A DNA stretch of 64,000 nt from Limisphaerales bacterium (GCA_038249465.1 JBBRWD010000011.1:38458-102457), one strand, 5' to 3'; counted from the first letter of the stretch, positions 54,392-64,000 are shown. Notes: a model not told the origin generated them from the letters alone. Numbers and translations are program-made.

Positions 54392-55279
54392 TCAAAACAC
54401 GCGCATTGTCTCCAGCACGGCCTTGATCCGCGGCACTTCGTGGGTGCGGAACAGATCCGTCCTTCCCAGCGCCGCCAGCACCGCGAAAAACGGCTCGGCG
54501 CAGCGGACTTCCTCGCCGAAATACTCGAAAGCGTGCGGCAGCGCGTGGCAGACGGGAAACCCGAGCGCCCGCAGGCGGAAGGTGTTCAGAAACACCCTCA
54601 TCTGGTGCCGCACGCGCACCGCGCTGTCCTGCAGGTTCCGATAGTAAAAGCCGAGGCCGGGATCGATGAGGATTTTCCGCAGGCCACAGCGCGTCGCCTT
54701 CTCGATTTCGCGGGCGAAATAGTCACGCAACATCTGCGTGGGATCGGACTCGAGGTCGAAATCGCCCACCTCGCGGACGTTGGCACCCGGCACATGACAG
54801 ATGATCACCGCGGCATCGTGCGCCGCCACCAGGCGGTACATCTCCTCGCTGCCTTCCTGGCCGGTGAGATTGAGGACGTTGGCCCCGGCCTCCAGGCTCG
54901 CGCGGGTCACATTCGGGTGATACGTCTCGACTGACACCAGCAGGCCGGATTCGCGCAAGCCGCGAATCACCGGGAGCAGCCGGCTGGTTTGCGCGGAATC
55001 GTCCACCCGCGCCGCGTGCGCCAGCGTGGACTCAGCGCCCACATCGATGATTTCCGCGCCCTGGTCCGCGAGCAGGCGTCCGCGGCGGATTGCGCTGTCC
55101 GCATTCAGGCAAACGCTCTCGCGATACCACGAATCGGTGGAAAGATTGACCACTCCCATGATGGCCGGATGCGAGTTGAAGGCGAAGACATGCCCGTCGA
55201 GGGAGAATTCCTGCACGGTCGCACGAGCGGCGTCGCGGTGTGGTTCGAGCAATTCAGCCAGCGATTCCAAGGTCAACAT
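54392..55279 (-). CDS. dihydropteroate synthase-like pterin-binding domain protein
   Basis: ATG at 55279 was verified. 'AIMGVVNLSTDSWY', 'GAEIIDVGAESTL..', 'LVSVETYHPNV' and 'EAGANVLNLTG' parallel DHPS motifs, but with substitutions (ET for DT, NL for ND). The function may therefore differ from canonical FolP. Confidence 0.65.
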   Translation of the reverse strand: MLTLESLAELLEPHRDAARATVQEFSLDGHVFAFNSHPAIMGVVNLSTDSWYRESVCLNADSAIRRGRLLADQGAEIIDVGAESTLAHAARVDDSAQTSRLLPVIRGLRESGLLVSVETYHPNVTRASLEAGANVLNLTGQEGSEEMYRLVAAHDAAVIICHVPGANVREVGDFDLESDPTQMLRDYFAREIEKATRCGLRKILIDPGLGFYYRNLQDSAVRVRHQMRVFLNTFRLRALGFPVCHALPHAFEYFGEEVRCAEPFFAVLAALGRTDLFRTHEVPRIKAVLETMRVF

Positions 55280-55363
55280 GCCGGCCAATATTGCGGGCGG
55301 CGGCCAAAAGACAAACAAAACACGGGCAGCGGATGAACCGTTCTGAAGACGAAGAAAGGGGGG

Positions 55364-55440
55364 TGGTACGCCCGCCGCGATTCGAACGCGGGACCCTCTG
55401 CTTAGAAGGCAGATGCTCTATCCACCTGAGCTACGGGCGC
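55364..55440 (-). tRNA. tRNA-Arg (anticodon TCT), CCA encoded
   Basis: The reverse complement is GCGCCCG-TA-GCTC-AGGTGGATA-GAGC-A-TCTGC-CTTCTAA-GCAGA-GGGTC-CCGCG-TTCGAAT-CGCGG-CGGGCGT-A-CCA. It folds as a cloverleaf by hand, with a T-loop TTCGAAT and anticodon loop CT-TCT-AA. Pair 1:72 is G-U. Confidence 0.93.
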
Positions 55441-55685
55441 ACACTGAAAACAAGGCACTTACAGAGGCACTTCGGAGTTTTCGGAAATCGCACCCCGAAC
55501 TTGAACTTCCGCCTCGCACAAAATTCGGTTTTCCCGTTCGTGTAACCAGCAAAGCAAACTGCATGGCAGACAAAATTCCCAGCGTTTTGGAGCCACCCAG
55601 GTGCCAACGTCTTTTCCATTACGTGCCATCAGGCCTCATCTTTGCATGGTTCAAAATTTGGGGCAAGCAGGTTCAACGAACCACC

Positions 55686-56858
55686 ATGCGCCACCTTGCC
55701 AATCCGATTCGGGTCTGGGACGCTCCGCCGCGCATGACCCATACGTCTCTCATGCAAAGTGCGCCCGGACCGGAGACGGTCATCGACGGGGTGCGGTATC
55801 TCTACTTCGGAGGCACAAGCTATCTCGGACTGGCGGCGCACCCGGAGGTGATCGAGGCAGGCTGCGCCGCCCTGCGTGAATTCGGCCTGCACACCGCCAC
55901 GTCGAGAGCGCGCATCGGCACCAGCCCGCCGGTGCAGGAGGTCGAACGGCGCGCGGCGGAGTTTTTCGGGACGGAGGACGCCTTCTACTTCGTCAGCGGT
56001 TACTGCGCAAACCACATCCTGGTGGCCGCGCTCGCGCCAGGAATGGAGTCGGTGCTGGTGGACGAAGCCGCGCATTACTGCGTCCTCGAAGCGGCCCGGT
56101 TGGCCGGCGTGCCGGTCACCACCTTTCGGCATCGGGACGCTGCTGACCTGGCCCGGCTCGCGCGCGGTCGCCAGCGGGTGCTGGTGATGGCCGATGCGGT
56201 GGGGCCGGCGACGGGCGTGCTGGCGCAGGTGCCGGACTACCTGCGCGCGTTGGCGGGCTGCGAACAGGCGGCTCTGCAGCTCGACGATGCGCACGGCTTC
56301 GGCGTCCTCGGTGAACACGGCCGCGGGCTGCTCGACGAACTCGGTCTCTGGCCGCAAGCGAACCGCAGCGCCTCTGAACCGGGGGTCAGCCTGTTCGTGG
56401 GCGGGACGCTCTCCAAGGCACTCGGCGGATTTGGCGGAATCATTCCCGGCACGCGCGAGTTCGTGGCGCGCGCGCGGACGGCTTCGCATTACTTCGACGG
56501 CGCCAGCGCGCCAGCTTCACCCGTCGCCGGCGCCACCGCGAAGGCGCTGGAGATCGTCCTACGCGAACCATCGCTCCGACGCCAACTGCGGGATAACACG
56601 CAGCGGCTGCGCGCGGGGCTGCGGGCGTTGGGGCTCGCCGTGCCGGAGGGCGCGACCGCGAACTTCGGTGTGAGCGTGGGCGACGCGGCGAACATGCGAC
56701 GGCTCCACGAGGCGTTGAAGGACCGCGGCCTCATGCTGCCCTACGTCTCGGCCTACAGCGGGATCCCGGCGGAAGGGCTGCTGCGCTTCGCCGTCTTCGC
56801 CAATCACACCACGGCCCAACTGGATCACTTGCTGGGCGAACTCCAAAGCCTTGTATGA
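55686..56858 (+). CDS. class-II PLP-dependent alpha-oxoamine synthase (BioF/Kbl/Spt family)
   Basis: 'YLYFGGTSYLGLAAHPEVIEA', 'FVSGYCANHILVAAL', 'DDAHGFGVLGEHGRG' and 'GGTLSKALGGFGG' (PLP lysine) are present. The 5' part of the track ORF (55413-) overlaps the tRNA. ATG 55686 is preferred, and 55734 is also possible. I cannot assign the member (BioF, Kbl or Spt). Confidence 0.8.
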   Translation: MRHLANPIRVWDAPPRMTHTSLMQSAPGPETVIDGVRYLYFGGTSYLGLAAHPEVIEAGCAALREFGLHTATSRARIGTSPPVQEVERRAAEFFGTEDAFYFVSGYCANHILVAALAPGMESVLVDEAAHYCVLEAARLAGVPVTTFRHRDAADLARLARGRQRVLVMADAVGPATGVLAQVPDYLRALAGCEQAALQLDDAHGFGVLGEHGRGLLDELGLWPQANRSASEPGVSLFVGGTLSKALGGFGGIIPGTREFVARARTASHYFDGASAPASPVAGATAKALEIVLREPSLRRQLRDNTQRLRAGLRALGLAVPEGATANFGVSVGDAANMRRLHEALKDRGLMLPYVSAYSGIPAEGLLRFAVFANHTTAQLDHLLGELQSLV

Positions 56859-57008
56859 AACTTTTCCGGGAACTGGTTTTTCGTATTGCGCCGGACTCGG
56901 CCTCTCTCTCCCCGCGAGGAACGAGACTGCCTTTTCCGAGATTGGAAGTGCTTGGTCTTTGCGTTCTGTCTTCTCACCCTCGCCCTCCGTGAGTAGATTG
57001 CCCGACCT

Positions 57009-59732
57009 GTGGCCACGACACTTTACGACCTGATCCCGCGCGATGAGAATCTCGGCAACGATGTGCTGCTTGGACGCTTTCTGGAATACGCCGAGGGACG
57101 CCGGCTCACGCTCTACCCCGCGCAGGAATCGGCCATCCTGGAGTTGTTCGAGGAGAAGAACGTCATCCTGAACACGCCCACCGGCTCCGGCAAATCGCTG
57201 GTGGCCGCCGCGCTGCACTTCAAGGCCATCGCCCAGGGCAAACGCTCGATTTACACCTGCCCGATCAAGGCGCTGGTGAATGAGAAGTGGCTGGCCCTGT
57301 GCCGCGAGTTCGGCCCGGACAACGTCGGCCTCAGCACCGGCGACGCCACGGTCAATCACGATGCGCCCATCCTCTGCTGCACCGCCGAGATCCTCGCCAA
57401 CATCGCGCTGCGAGAAGGCCCGGAGGCCGACGTGCGGGAGATCGTCATGGACGAGTTCCATTACTACGCCGACCGCGAACGCGGCGTGGCCTGGCAGATC
57501 CCGCTCCTGACGCTGTCGCAGGCGCGATTCCTTTTGATGTCCGCCACGCTCGGCGACACGACGTTCTTCGAGGAGGACCTGACGCGGCTGACGGGCCGTC
57601 CGACGGCCACTGTCGCCTCCACGGATCGGCCGGTGCCGCTGGAGCATGTCTATTCCGAGATGCCGCTGGCCAAGACGCTCGAAACTCTCGTCGCCGACGG
57701 CAAGGCGCCGGTTTATGTGGTCCACTTCACGCAACTGGAGGCGGCGCAGAGCGCGCAGGATTTCACCAGCCTCAACATCTGCTCGCGCGACGAAAAGGCG
57801 GCGCTGGCCAGCGCGCTGGAAGGATTCCGCTTCACCAGCCCGTACGGCCCGGAAATCAAGAAGTGGCTGCGGCACGGCATCGGGCTGCATCACGCCGGAT
57901 TGCTGCCGAAGTACCGCGTGCTGATCGAACAACTCGCGCAGAAGGGACTGCTCAAGATCATCTGCGGCACGGACACGCTGGGCGTCGGTATCAATGTCCC
58001 AATCCGCACGGTGCTCTTCACGCGCCTGTGCAAGTATGATGGGCAGAAGACAGGCATCTTGAGCGCGCGGGACTTTCACCAGATCGGCGGGCGCGCGGGA
58101 CGAAAGGGGTTTGATGACAAAGGCTGGGTGGTGGCGCAAGCGCCCGAGCACGTCATCGAGAATCTCAAACTCGCGGAGAAGTCCGCGAGAGACGGCAAGA
58201 AAACCGTGAAGCGCCAGCCACCGGAGCGGAACTTCGTCAACTGGGACAAGAACACCTTCGCGCGCCTGATCGCCGCGCCGCCGGAGCGATTGATGTCCCG
58301 CTTTCAGGTCACCCACGGAATGTTGCTGAATGTGCTCAGCCGCGACGGTGATGGCTGCGCCGCGATGCGTGATCTGATCCAACGGTGCCACGAATCGCCC
58401 AAGGCGAAGAAGGCGCACACCAAGCGGGCGTGGCAGTTGTTTCGCTCGCTGCTGGAGAGGAAGATCGTGGAGTTCATCCCCCTCACCCCATCCCTCGCCC
58501 CCTCGGAGGGGGAGAGGGTGCCCGCAAGGGCGGGTGAGGGGCGCGCACGCGCAAAACTCCGCGTGAACGTCGAGTTGCAGGATGATTTCTCGATGGACCA
58601 GGTGTTGTCGCTGTATCTGCACGACACGATTCCGCTGATGGATCCGCTGGCACCGGATTACGCGCTGGTCCTGCTCACGCTCGTCGAGTCCATCATGGAA
58701 GACCCGGACATCATCCTCCGCAAACAACTCGACAAGGTGAAAGACCAGAAGATGGCGGAGATGAAGATGGAGGGAATCGAATACGATCAGCGGATGGAGG
58801 AGTTGGAGAAGCTCGAATACCCGAAGCCAAACCGTGAGTTCGTCTATTCGACGTTCAACGCCTTTGCCGACCGGCATCCCTGGGTGGGTCAGGAAAACAT
58901 CCGCCCCAAATCCATCGCACGGGAGATGTTTGAACAGTTCCGGTCGTTCTCGGATTACATCCGCGATTACGAACTCCAGCGCGCCGAGGGCGTCCTGTTG
59001 CGGCATCTGTCGCGCGTCCACAAAGTGCTCACCCAGACCGTTCCCGACGCGGCCAAGAACGACACCGTCCGCGAGATGGAACTCTACCTTGCCACGATGA
59101 TCCGGCAGATTGATTCCAGCCTGCTCGATGAATGGGAGAAGATGCGCGATCCGGCTTACCAGCGCGCCGAAACCAAGGAGATCCGCCCGCCGGGCGCCGA
59201 CGAGGCCGACCAGGACATCACGCGCGACACCCAGGCGTTCACCGCCGCAATTCGCCAGCGCATCTTCAGCTTCCTGCGCGGTTTGGTGATTGGAGATTAC
59301 GAGATGGCGTTGGAGGCTCTGGCTGTGGCGCAGGTTTCCAAACCTGCTGTGTCGCCGGCTTCCAAGTCGGCTGAGCTCGATAGATCTTTGATCGCTCCGG
59401 CAATCGAAGCGCCGGCGGGTTTGGGAACCCGCGATACAGCAGACTTGGAAGTCTGCGCCACGGCGCAGGCATGGGCCGTCGAAAGATTGGATCAGGCCAT
59501 GGAGGATTATCTGGCAAAGCACCAACAACTCCTCCTCACGCCCGAAGCGCGCAACATCCGCCACACCTACGTCACTCCGTCAGAAGACAAGAGAACCTGG
59601 CGCGTGCAACAGATGCTGGTGGATCCCGAGGAACACAACGACTGGGTGGCGGAGTTCGAGGTTGACTTGGCAGACTCACGGGCGGCGAATGAACCAGTGC
59701 TCCGGCTGCGCCGCGTGGGCAGTCTGGTTTGA
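57009..59732 (+). CDS. Ski2-like DEAD/DEAH-box helicase with a DUF3516-like C-terminal region
   Basis: GTG start at 57009. Motif I is 'NTPTGSGKS'. Also present are '[10 protein letters not shown]', motif II 'MDEFHYY', 'SATLG', 'HHAGLLP' and '[12 protein letters not shown]', followed by a long helical C-terminal region. Confidence 0.85.
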   Translation: MATTLYDLIPRDENLGNDVLLGRFLEYAEGRRLTLYPAQESAILELFEEKNVILNTPTGSGKSLVAAALHFKAIAQGKRSIYTCPIKALVNEKWLALCREFGPDNVGLSTGDATVNHDAPILCCTAEILANIALREGPEADVREIVMDEFHYYADRERGVAWQIPLLTLSQARFLLMSATLGDTTFFEEDLTRLTGRPTATVASTDRPVPLEHVYSEMPLAKTLETLVADGKAPVYVVHFTQLEAAQSAQDFTSLNICSRDEKAALASALEGFRFTSPYGPEIKKWLRHGIGLHHAGLLPKYRVLIEQLAQKGLLKIICGTDTLGVGINVPIRTVLFTRLCKYDGQKTGILSARDFHQIGGRAGRKGFDDKGWVVAQAPEHVIENLKLAEKSARDGKKTVKRQPPERNFVNWDKNTFARLIAAPPERLMSRFQVTHGMLLNVLSRDGDGCAAMRDLIQRCHESPKAKKAHTKRAWQLFRSLLERKIVEFIPLTPSLAPSEGERVPARAGEGRARAKLRVNVELQDDFSMDQVLSLYLHDTIPLMDPLAPDYALVLLTLVESIMEDPDIILRKQLDKVKDQKMAEMKMEGIEYDQRMEELEKLEYPKPNREFVYSTFNAFADRHPWVGQENIRPKSIAREMFEQFRSFSDYIRDYELQRAEGVLLRHLSRVHKVLTQTVPDAAKNDTVREMELYLATMIRQIDSSLLDEWEKMRDPAYQRAETKEIRPPGADEADQDITRDTQAFTAAIRQRIFSFLRGLVIGDYEMALEALAVAQVSKPAVSPASKSAELDRSLIAPAIEAPAGLGTRDTADLEVCATAQAWAVERLDQAMEDYLAKHQQLLLTPEARNIRHTYVTPSEDKRTWRVQQMLVDPEEHNDWVAEFEVDLADSRAANEPVLRLRRVGSLV
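58479..58541. repeat. nested GC-rich palindrome inserted in frame within the helicase CDS
   Basis: The outer perfect 10-bp stem pairs CCCCTCACCC (58479-58488) with GGGTGAGGGG (58532-58541). An inner imperfect palindrome, CCCTCGCCCCCTC/GAGGGGGAGAGGG, lies at 58492-58518. It encodes '[21 protein letters not shown]'. A related GGGGAGAGG hairpin is intergenic at 41152-41174. Confidence 0.75.
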
Positions 59733-59803
59733 GTCGCAGAAACTGAAACGCAGGTGGACCGGCGAGCGAAACAACTCCCCAAACTGAACAGGAAACCTTC
59801 CAG

Positions 59804-61240
59804 ATGAACTCGACATCCCTCGCAAATCTTTCATCCCGCAGAAGCAATGGCGCTGGCCCGGCCATTTCCCGGCGGAGATTTCTGGCCCACGGGATCGGAG
59901 CGGCGGCCCTGGGCGGTTTGGCGCCGATCATGGTTTCCCGTCATGTCCTTGGGGGCGCTGGTCAACAGGCACCCAGCGACACCCTGACCATCGCCGCGGT
60001 CGGCATTGGCGGCATGGGCCAACACTACCTCGCCGGCTGCAAAGGTGAACGGGTTGTGGCCTTGTCCGACGTGGATCACCAACTGGCCGGCCCGGTGTTT
60101 CAGAAATACCCGGGCGCCTCCCGCCACCACGACTTCCGGCAGATGTTCGACAAGGAAGCGAAGAACTTCGATGCCCTGATCATCGGCACGCCGGACCACA
60201 CCCACGCGGTCATCCTCATGGCGGCGCTGCAACTTGGCAAACACGTCTATTGCGCCAAGCCGGTCACGCACACCATCGGAGAAGCCAGGAAAGTCCGTGA
60301 GGCGGTGCTGAAGGCGGACCGTTTGGTGACGAAAACGAGCGCGCAATCATCCGGGACGGAGGAAGCGCGGAGCACGACCGAACTGCTGAACTCCGGCGTG
60401 ATCGGTCCCGTGCGCGAATTGCACATCTGGTGTGATCACCCCGTTTATCCCTGCTCCGTGGTGCGTCCCACCGAATCCCAGACGCCGGCGTCCGGGATGG
60501 ATTGGGATCTGTGGCTCGGTCCCGCACCTTTCCGGCCATATCATTCGGCATATCATCCCTGGCGATGGCGGCCCTGGTGGGATTTCGGCGGCGGCACCGT
60601 GGGCGACATGGCGTGCCATACGTTCCATGTCTATTTCAAAGAATTGCAACTGGGCGCGCCGAAGACTGTCCATGCCTCCAGTTCCTTCCGGTGCGAAGGC
60701 ATGTCCACGCGGATTGCGACTCCAGAGTGCCAGGGCCACGCCAACATGGTCACCTGGGAATTCCCGACCCGCGGAAATCTCCCACCGCTTCAGGTGCATT
60801 GGTACGACGGCGGCATGAGACCGCTGCGGCCAGTGGAACTCAATCATGCGGTGCAGATGCCGCGCACGGGACTTCTGTTCGTCGGCGAGCAGGGCAAGCT
60901 CATGGCCGGCTACAGCGGCGGCCGATTCCTGGGCAACCGGGGACTCGACGGAGGATTGCTGCTGCCGGAGGAGAAGTTCCGCGAGTTCCGGTCACCCGCA
61001 AAAACGCTGCGCCGGGTTCCTGACCATTACGGCGAATGGACCCAGGCGTGCAAGACCGGTGCCCGGACGGTTTGTCCCCTCGAATTCGGCTGCGAGATGA
61101 CCGAAATGGCCCTTCTCGGATCACTGGCGCTGCGCACCGGCCGGTTGATCGAGTGGGATGCGCAGGCGAGGCGCGTCACCAACGATCCCGAAGCCAACGA
61201 ATTGGTTGCTCCGCCCAATCGCGCGGGCTGGTCGCTGTAG
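59804..61240 (+). CDS. TAT-exported Gfo/Idh/MocA family oxidoreductase
   Basis: ATG at 59804 was verified. The twin-arginine signal is 'SRRRFLAHGIGAAALGG'. The Rossmann segment is 'IAAVGIGGMGQHYLAG..VVALSDVD', followed by 'ALIIGTPDHTHA'. Confidence 0.85.
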   Translation: MNSTSLANLSSRRSNGAGPAISRRRFLAHGIGAAALGGLAPIMVSRHVLGGAGQQAPSDTLTIAAVGIGGMGQHYLAGCKGERVVALSDVDHQLAGPVFQKYPGASRHHDFRQMFDKEAKNFDALIIGTPDHTHAVILMAALQLGKHVYCAKPVTHTIGEARKVREAVLKADRLVTKTSAQSSGTEEARSTTELLNSGVIGPVRELHIWCDHPVYPCSVVRPTESQTPASGMDWDLWLGPAPFRPYHSAYHPWRWRPWWDFGGGTVGDMACHTFHVYFKELQLGAPKTVHASSSFRCEGMSTRIATPECQGHANMVTWEFPTRGNLPPLQVHWYDGGMRPLRPVELNHAVQMPRTGLLFVGEQGKLMAGYSGGRFLGNRGLDGGLLLPEEKFREFRSPAKTLRRVPDHYGEWTQACKTGARTVCPLEFGCEMTEMALLGSLALRTGRLIEWDAQARRVTNDPEANELVAPPNRAGWSL

Positions 61241-61576
61241 CTCCGCGTGCGGCGATCCTGGAGGAACTCAGCAGTCTGCTGAGATGCCGTTGGGCCACGG
61301 CGGGAAATGCGGTTCGCGCTGGGCACGACCGTGACAGCGTTCGTTGCACCAGAGGAAGCTGCGCTTTTCCTGCGGCGTAAAGGTGTGGCAGGAGAATTGG
61401 CATGACGGCGAAAGGCCCAGTCATCCGTGATGGCAGGTGGATCGATCCGACGCAGGCGAAGCGCGGCGGAAAATTTTCCGGCATCCGCCGTCAAGCATTG
61501 ATCCTTCGTTGCCGGCGGTCGGCGCTGCCCGAACCTTGACGCCCCCTGCCCTGCCCTTCAAATTCACGCGCAGCAA

Positions 61577-63052
61577 ATGGACAAGCTGCTGCTCATCGAC
61601 GACGAGGCGGACGTGCAATATTCGTTCCGGCGGATTTTTGATTCCCCCGACATCGAAATCACCACCGCTTCGAGCGGCGAGGAGGGATTGCGTCTCATCC
61701 CCAAACTCAAGCCCGACCTCGTGCTCATGGATGTCCGCATGGGCGGCATGACCGGTCTTGAAACCCTGCGCCGCCTCCGCCAGTCCGATGCCAAGACGCC
61801 CGTCATCATGATGACCGCCTACGGCACCACGCAGACGGCCATCGAGGCGATGAAGCTCGGCGCCTACGACTATCTGCTCAAGCCGTTCGACGTGCCCAAG
61901 CTCCAGCAGCTCGTGCGCAAGGCTTTTCAGGATGCCCGCGCGATGAAGCAGGTCGTCTCCTACCAGCCGTTGCTCGAATCCGAGGACTACGATCTCGGCA
62001 TCGTTGGCCGGAGCGAGCCGATGCAGAATGTCTTCAAGCTGATCGGTCAACTGGCGGCCTCCGACGCCACCGCGCTCATCACCGGCGAAAGCGGCACCGG
62101 CAAGGAACTCGTGGCCCGCGCCATCTACAATCACGGCCAGCGCGCGGAGAAGCCGTTCCTCGCCATCAACTGCGCGGCCATTCCGGAGAATCTGCTCGAG
62201 AGCGAACTCTTCGGCCACGAGCGCGGCGCGTTCACCGGCGCGGCCACGCAGCGCATCGGCAAGTTCGAGCAATGCCATCACGGCACGATCTTCCTTGATG
62301 AAATCGGTGACATGACGCCGGCCACGCAGACCAAGATTCTGCGCGTGCTGCAATCGGGCACCTTCGAGCGCGTCGGCGGCAACACGCCCATCAAGGTCGA
62401 TGTGCGGGTCATCGCCGCGACCAACAAGCCGCTCGAACAGGCGGTGGCGCGGAAGGAATTCCGCGAGGACCTCTTCTACCGGCTCAACGTGGTGCGCATC
62501 GAACTCGCCCCGTTGCGGGATCGGCGCGAGGACGTTCCGCTGCTGGTGAATTATTTCCTCAAGAAATTCTCGCGCGAGCAGAAGCAGCCCCCCAAGCCCA
62601 TTTCGCGCGACGCCTCGGCGGCGCTGCAATCGTACGGTTGGCCCGGCAATGTACGCGAACTGGAGAACGTCATCCGCCGCGCGCTGGTGGTGGCCAAGGG
62701 CGACGCCATTCTCCCGAGCGATTTGCCGGCGGAACTCGTGGGGCGCGCGCCCGCGACGCTGACCGGAATGCCATCCACGTCCGCCGCGCCGATGGCCGCT
62801 TCGTCGGTGGCCGCAGTTGGATCGAATGTGCCCACGGGACTTCCCGAGATCGCGAAGATGCTCTTCCAGATGGCGCGGCAGGATTCGAAGTTGAAAGTGC
62901 TGCCCGCCGTGGAGCGCGAACTCATCATCCAGGCGCTCATCGAGACGCAGGGCAACCAGGTGCAGGCTTCGAAGCTCCTCGGCATCACGCGCGCCACGCT
63001 GCGCAAGCGCGTCGAGAAGTTCAACATCCGCAAGGAACTGGCGGTGACCTGA
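61577..63052 (+). CDS. sigma-54-dependent response regulator (NtrC/AtoC family: REC, AAA+, Fis-type HTH)
   Basis: The REC domain reads 'LLLIDDEADV..PDLVLMDVRMGGMTGLE'. Walker A is 'GESGTGKELVA'. 'ESELFGHERGAFTGA' is the GAFTGA loop. Also present are 'GTIFLDEIG' and the C-terminal 'GNQVQASKLLGITRATLRKRVEKFNI'. Confidence 0.9.
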   Translation: MDKLLLIDDEADVQYSFRRIFDSPDIEITTASSGEEGLRLIPKLKPDLVLMDVRMGGMTGLETLRRLRQSDAKTPVIMMTAYGTTQTAIEAMKLGAYDYLLKPFDVPKLQQLVRKAFQDARAMKQVVSYQPLLESEDYDLGIVGRSEPMQNVFKLIGQLAASDATALITGESGTGKELVARAIYNHGQRAEKPFLAINCAAIPENLLESELFGHERGAFTGAATQRIGKFEQCHHGTIFLDEIGDMTPATQTKILRVLQSGTFERVGGNTPIKVDVRVIAATNKPLEQAVARKEFREDLFYRLNVVRIELAPLRDRREDVPLLVNYFLKKFSREQKQPPKPISRDASAALQSYGWPGNVRELENVIRRALVVAKGDAILPSDLPAELVGRAPATLTGMPSTSAAPMAASSVAAVGSNVPTGLPEIAKMLFQMARQDSKLKVLPAVERELIIQALIETQGNQVQASKLLGITRATLRKRVEKFNIRKELAVT

Positions 63053-63290
63053 CCTGGTGCCGCAAGCTTCCAGCTTGCGGTTGTCCCGCCGACCCTCCGG
63101 GTTGGAGGATCAAGGGCGGAAGTATGGGCGCACACGCCAGATGGAAGCTTGCGGCACCCTCGCAAACCAGAAGCTCGCGCCACACTTCCTCTCCACTTTC
63201 AAACGCCGCGTAACATCCGAGGCCGTGCGGATTCCCGGCAGGTGAAGGCCCGTTTCCGTTCAAGAACCCGGCCCCGGAGAATCAATCGGC

Positions 63291-63314
63291 GTTCATCTGC
63301 GCTCATCTGCGGTT
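63291..63314. repeat. single copy of the 'TCATCTGCG' decamer repeat family
   Basis: 'GTTCATCTGCGCTCATCTGCGGTT' matches the arms at 35868-35898 (reverse complement) and 35981-36011. Confidence 0.6.
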
Positions 63315-63382
63315 GTCTGGTTGAACCGAAATTCCGCAACTGGAATTACTACCCAGGCAGTGGGATGGACGACACCCGGACT

Positions 63383-63454
63383 GGACGCGTCTGTCCGAGC
63401 GCGCCGCGAACCACTCCCGGCCAACCCGACGGCGCGCTGGGGACAGACGCGCCC
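63383..63454. repeat. REP-like GC-rich palindromic element, copy E
   Basis: The left arm is GGACGCGTCTGTCCGAGCGCGCCG (63383-63406). The reverse complement of the right arm (63430-63454) is GGGCGCGTCTGTCCCCAGCGCGCCG. The element shares 'GGGTAGGGCGCG' and 'GGACAGACGCG' blocks with copy D at 36251-36327. Confidence 0.7.
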
Positions 63455-63520
63455 TACCCGTGCGGGTTGGGACCAACCGGTGTTGGTATGAATATGGAAC
63501 GACCTCAGCGCAGCGCCGGT

Positions 63521-64000
63521 TCACACCGCCGCGATTTCCGGTTTCTCCATGAACACGTAGCAGAGCATGTGGAGAATCCCCATCTGCGCATCCTCGACGC
63601 GGCCATAATGAGTGTCGTCAATGGCGATGACCTGCCCGGCAATCCCGGCGACCTTGCCGCGTTTGCCGCCGACGAGCGCGACGGTCTGCATCCCATTTTT
63701 GGCGGCCCATTCGATGGCCTTGACCACGTTCGGCGAACTGCCGCTCACGCTCACGCCAATGGCCAGATCGCCCGGCCGCGCGAAGTTGACGAGCTGCCGC
63801 AGGAAGACGTCCTCGTAGCAGTAATCGTTGGCGAGGGCGGTCATCCAACTGATGTTATCGTTCAGCGCCATGACCCGGAAGCGCCGGCTCGTTTTGTCCG
63901 AGGCGCCCTTGCCGAGGTCGGTGACGAAATGTGATGAGTTCGCGGCGCTGCCGCCGTTGCCGAAGATGAAAATGTGGCGGTCCTCCTTGAGCGCGACGCG
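63521..64000 (-). CDS. gmhA: SIS-domain sedoheptulose-7-phosphate isomerase-like protein (5' end lies outside the window)
   Basis: My translation of 63872-64000 continues the frame upstream of the track's Met: '..RVALKEDRHIFIFGNGGSAANSSHFVTDLGKGAS..'. Together with 'ALANDYCYEDVFLRQL..PGDLAIGVSVSGSSPNVVKAIEWAAKNGMQTVALVG' this matches the GmhA/SIS layout. The stop is TGA at 63521-63523. Confidence 0.75.
   Translation of the reverse strand, partial: RVALKEDRHIFIFGNGGSAANSSHFVTDLGKGASDKTSRRFRVMALNDNISWMTALANDYCYEDVFLRQLVNFARPGDLAIGVSVSGSSPNVVKAIEWAAKNGMQTVALVGGKRGKVAGIAGQVIAIDDTHYGRVEDAQMGILHMLCYVFMEKPEIAAV

Noticed and set aside
55364-55440. The tRNA-Arg gene as a possible integration site for a genomic island.
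   Set aside because: There is no integrase, no duplicated tRNA 3' fragment and no compositional shift in the flanking genes (folP-like and bioF-like).
56559-59564. A 1001-aa minus-strand ORF spanning the bioF-like and helicase genes.
   Set aside because: It is antisense to two plus-strand genes that have clear catalytic motifs (PLP lysine; helicase motifs I and II). The translation is low-complexity (R/G/L/D/H-rich).
61386-61402. A sigma-54 promoter-like sequence, TGGCAGGAGAATTGGCA, upstream of the NtrC-like gene.
   Set aside because: The -12 element reads TTGGCA rather than TTGCA/T, so the GG-N10-GC spacing is off by one. It is not supported as a feature and is mentioned only as a weak lead. 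Another TGGCAC, at about 15279-15284, lacks any -12 element.
61421-62629. A 402-aa minus-strand ORF opposite the NtrC-like gene. The same situation holds for 27387..28688 opposite the aldehyde dehydrogenase, 44320..45297 opposite the kinase, 31522..32976 opposite the transglutaminase-like gene, 36474..37415 opposite the secreted hypothetical protein, and 40114..41190 opposite the oxidoreductase.
   Set aside because: In each case the other strand has diagnostic family motifs, and these ORFs have none.

Overview
This is a high-G+C bacterial chromosomal window. Hand counts give about 60-65% G+C in core genes. The gene content looks like the PVC superphylum (Verrucomicrobiota or Planctomycetota-like). 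That is an inference from the families present: sulfatase, FG-GAP/ASPIC, a Hanks kinase next to an ECF sigma factor, Big_2/Ig surface proteins and a twin-arginine (TAT) signal oxidoreductase. I support about 35 CDS, one tRNA-Arg(TCT) and several families of short interspersed repeats. I see no rRNA, CRISPR array, transposase or integrase. Most long ORFs in the six-frame track are antisense shadows of real genes, which is typical of high-GC DNA.

The main feature is one 13.5-kb minus-strand gene (1341-14834). It encodes a secretin of about 4,500 aa. It has a canonical C-terminal secretin domain and an N0-like N-terminus. Between them I parse by hand about 49 tandem ring-building N-domain (Secretin_N-like) modules, including a recent triplication of a 4-module block. 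Characterised secretins have 2-4 such domains. A lipoprotein gene is translationally coupled to its 3' end, and an XRE-type regulator lies upstream. Further upstream on the same strand are a PilM-PilN-like fusion gene and a PilO-PilP-like fusion gene. A roughly 7-kb opposite-strand operon of secreted Ig-domain proteins separates them from the secretin. The distal part of that operon has lower G+C and ends in a toxin-like C-terminal module followed by small secreted proteins.

Other points of interest:
- a Hanks Ser/Thr kinase fused to a Wzz-like domain and a beta-helix domain, with an adjacent ECF sigma factor
- a Cache-HAMP-PAS sensor with no recognisable output domain
- a MITE-like element present in three copies, two with flanking direct repeats
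- a palindromic GC-rich element inserted in frame in a helicase gene
- a lower-GC islet encoding a CxxC-rich protein

All family assignments come from motif recognition by eye. No database search was run.
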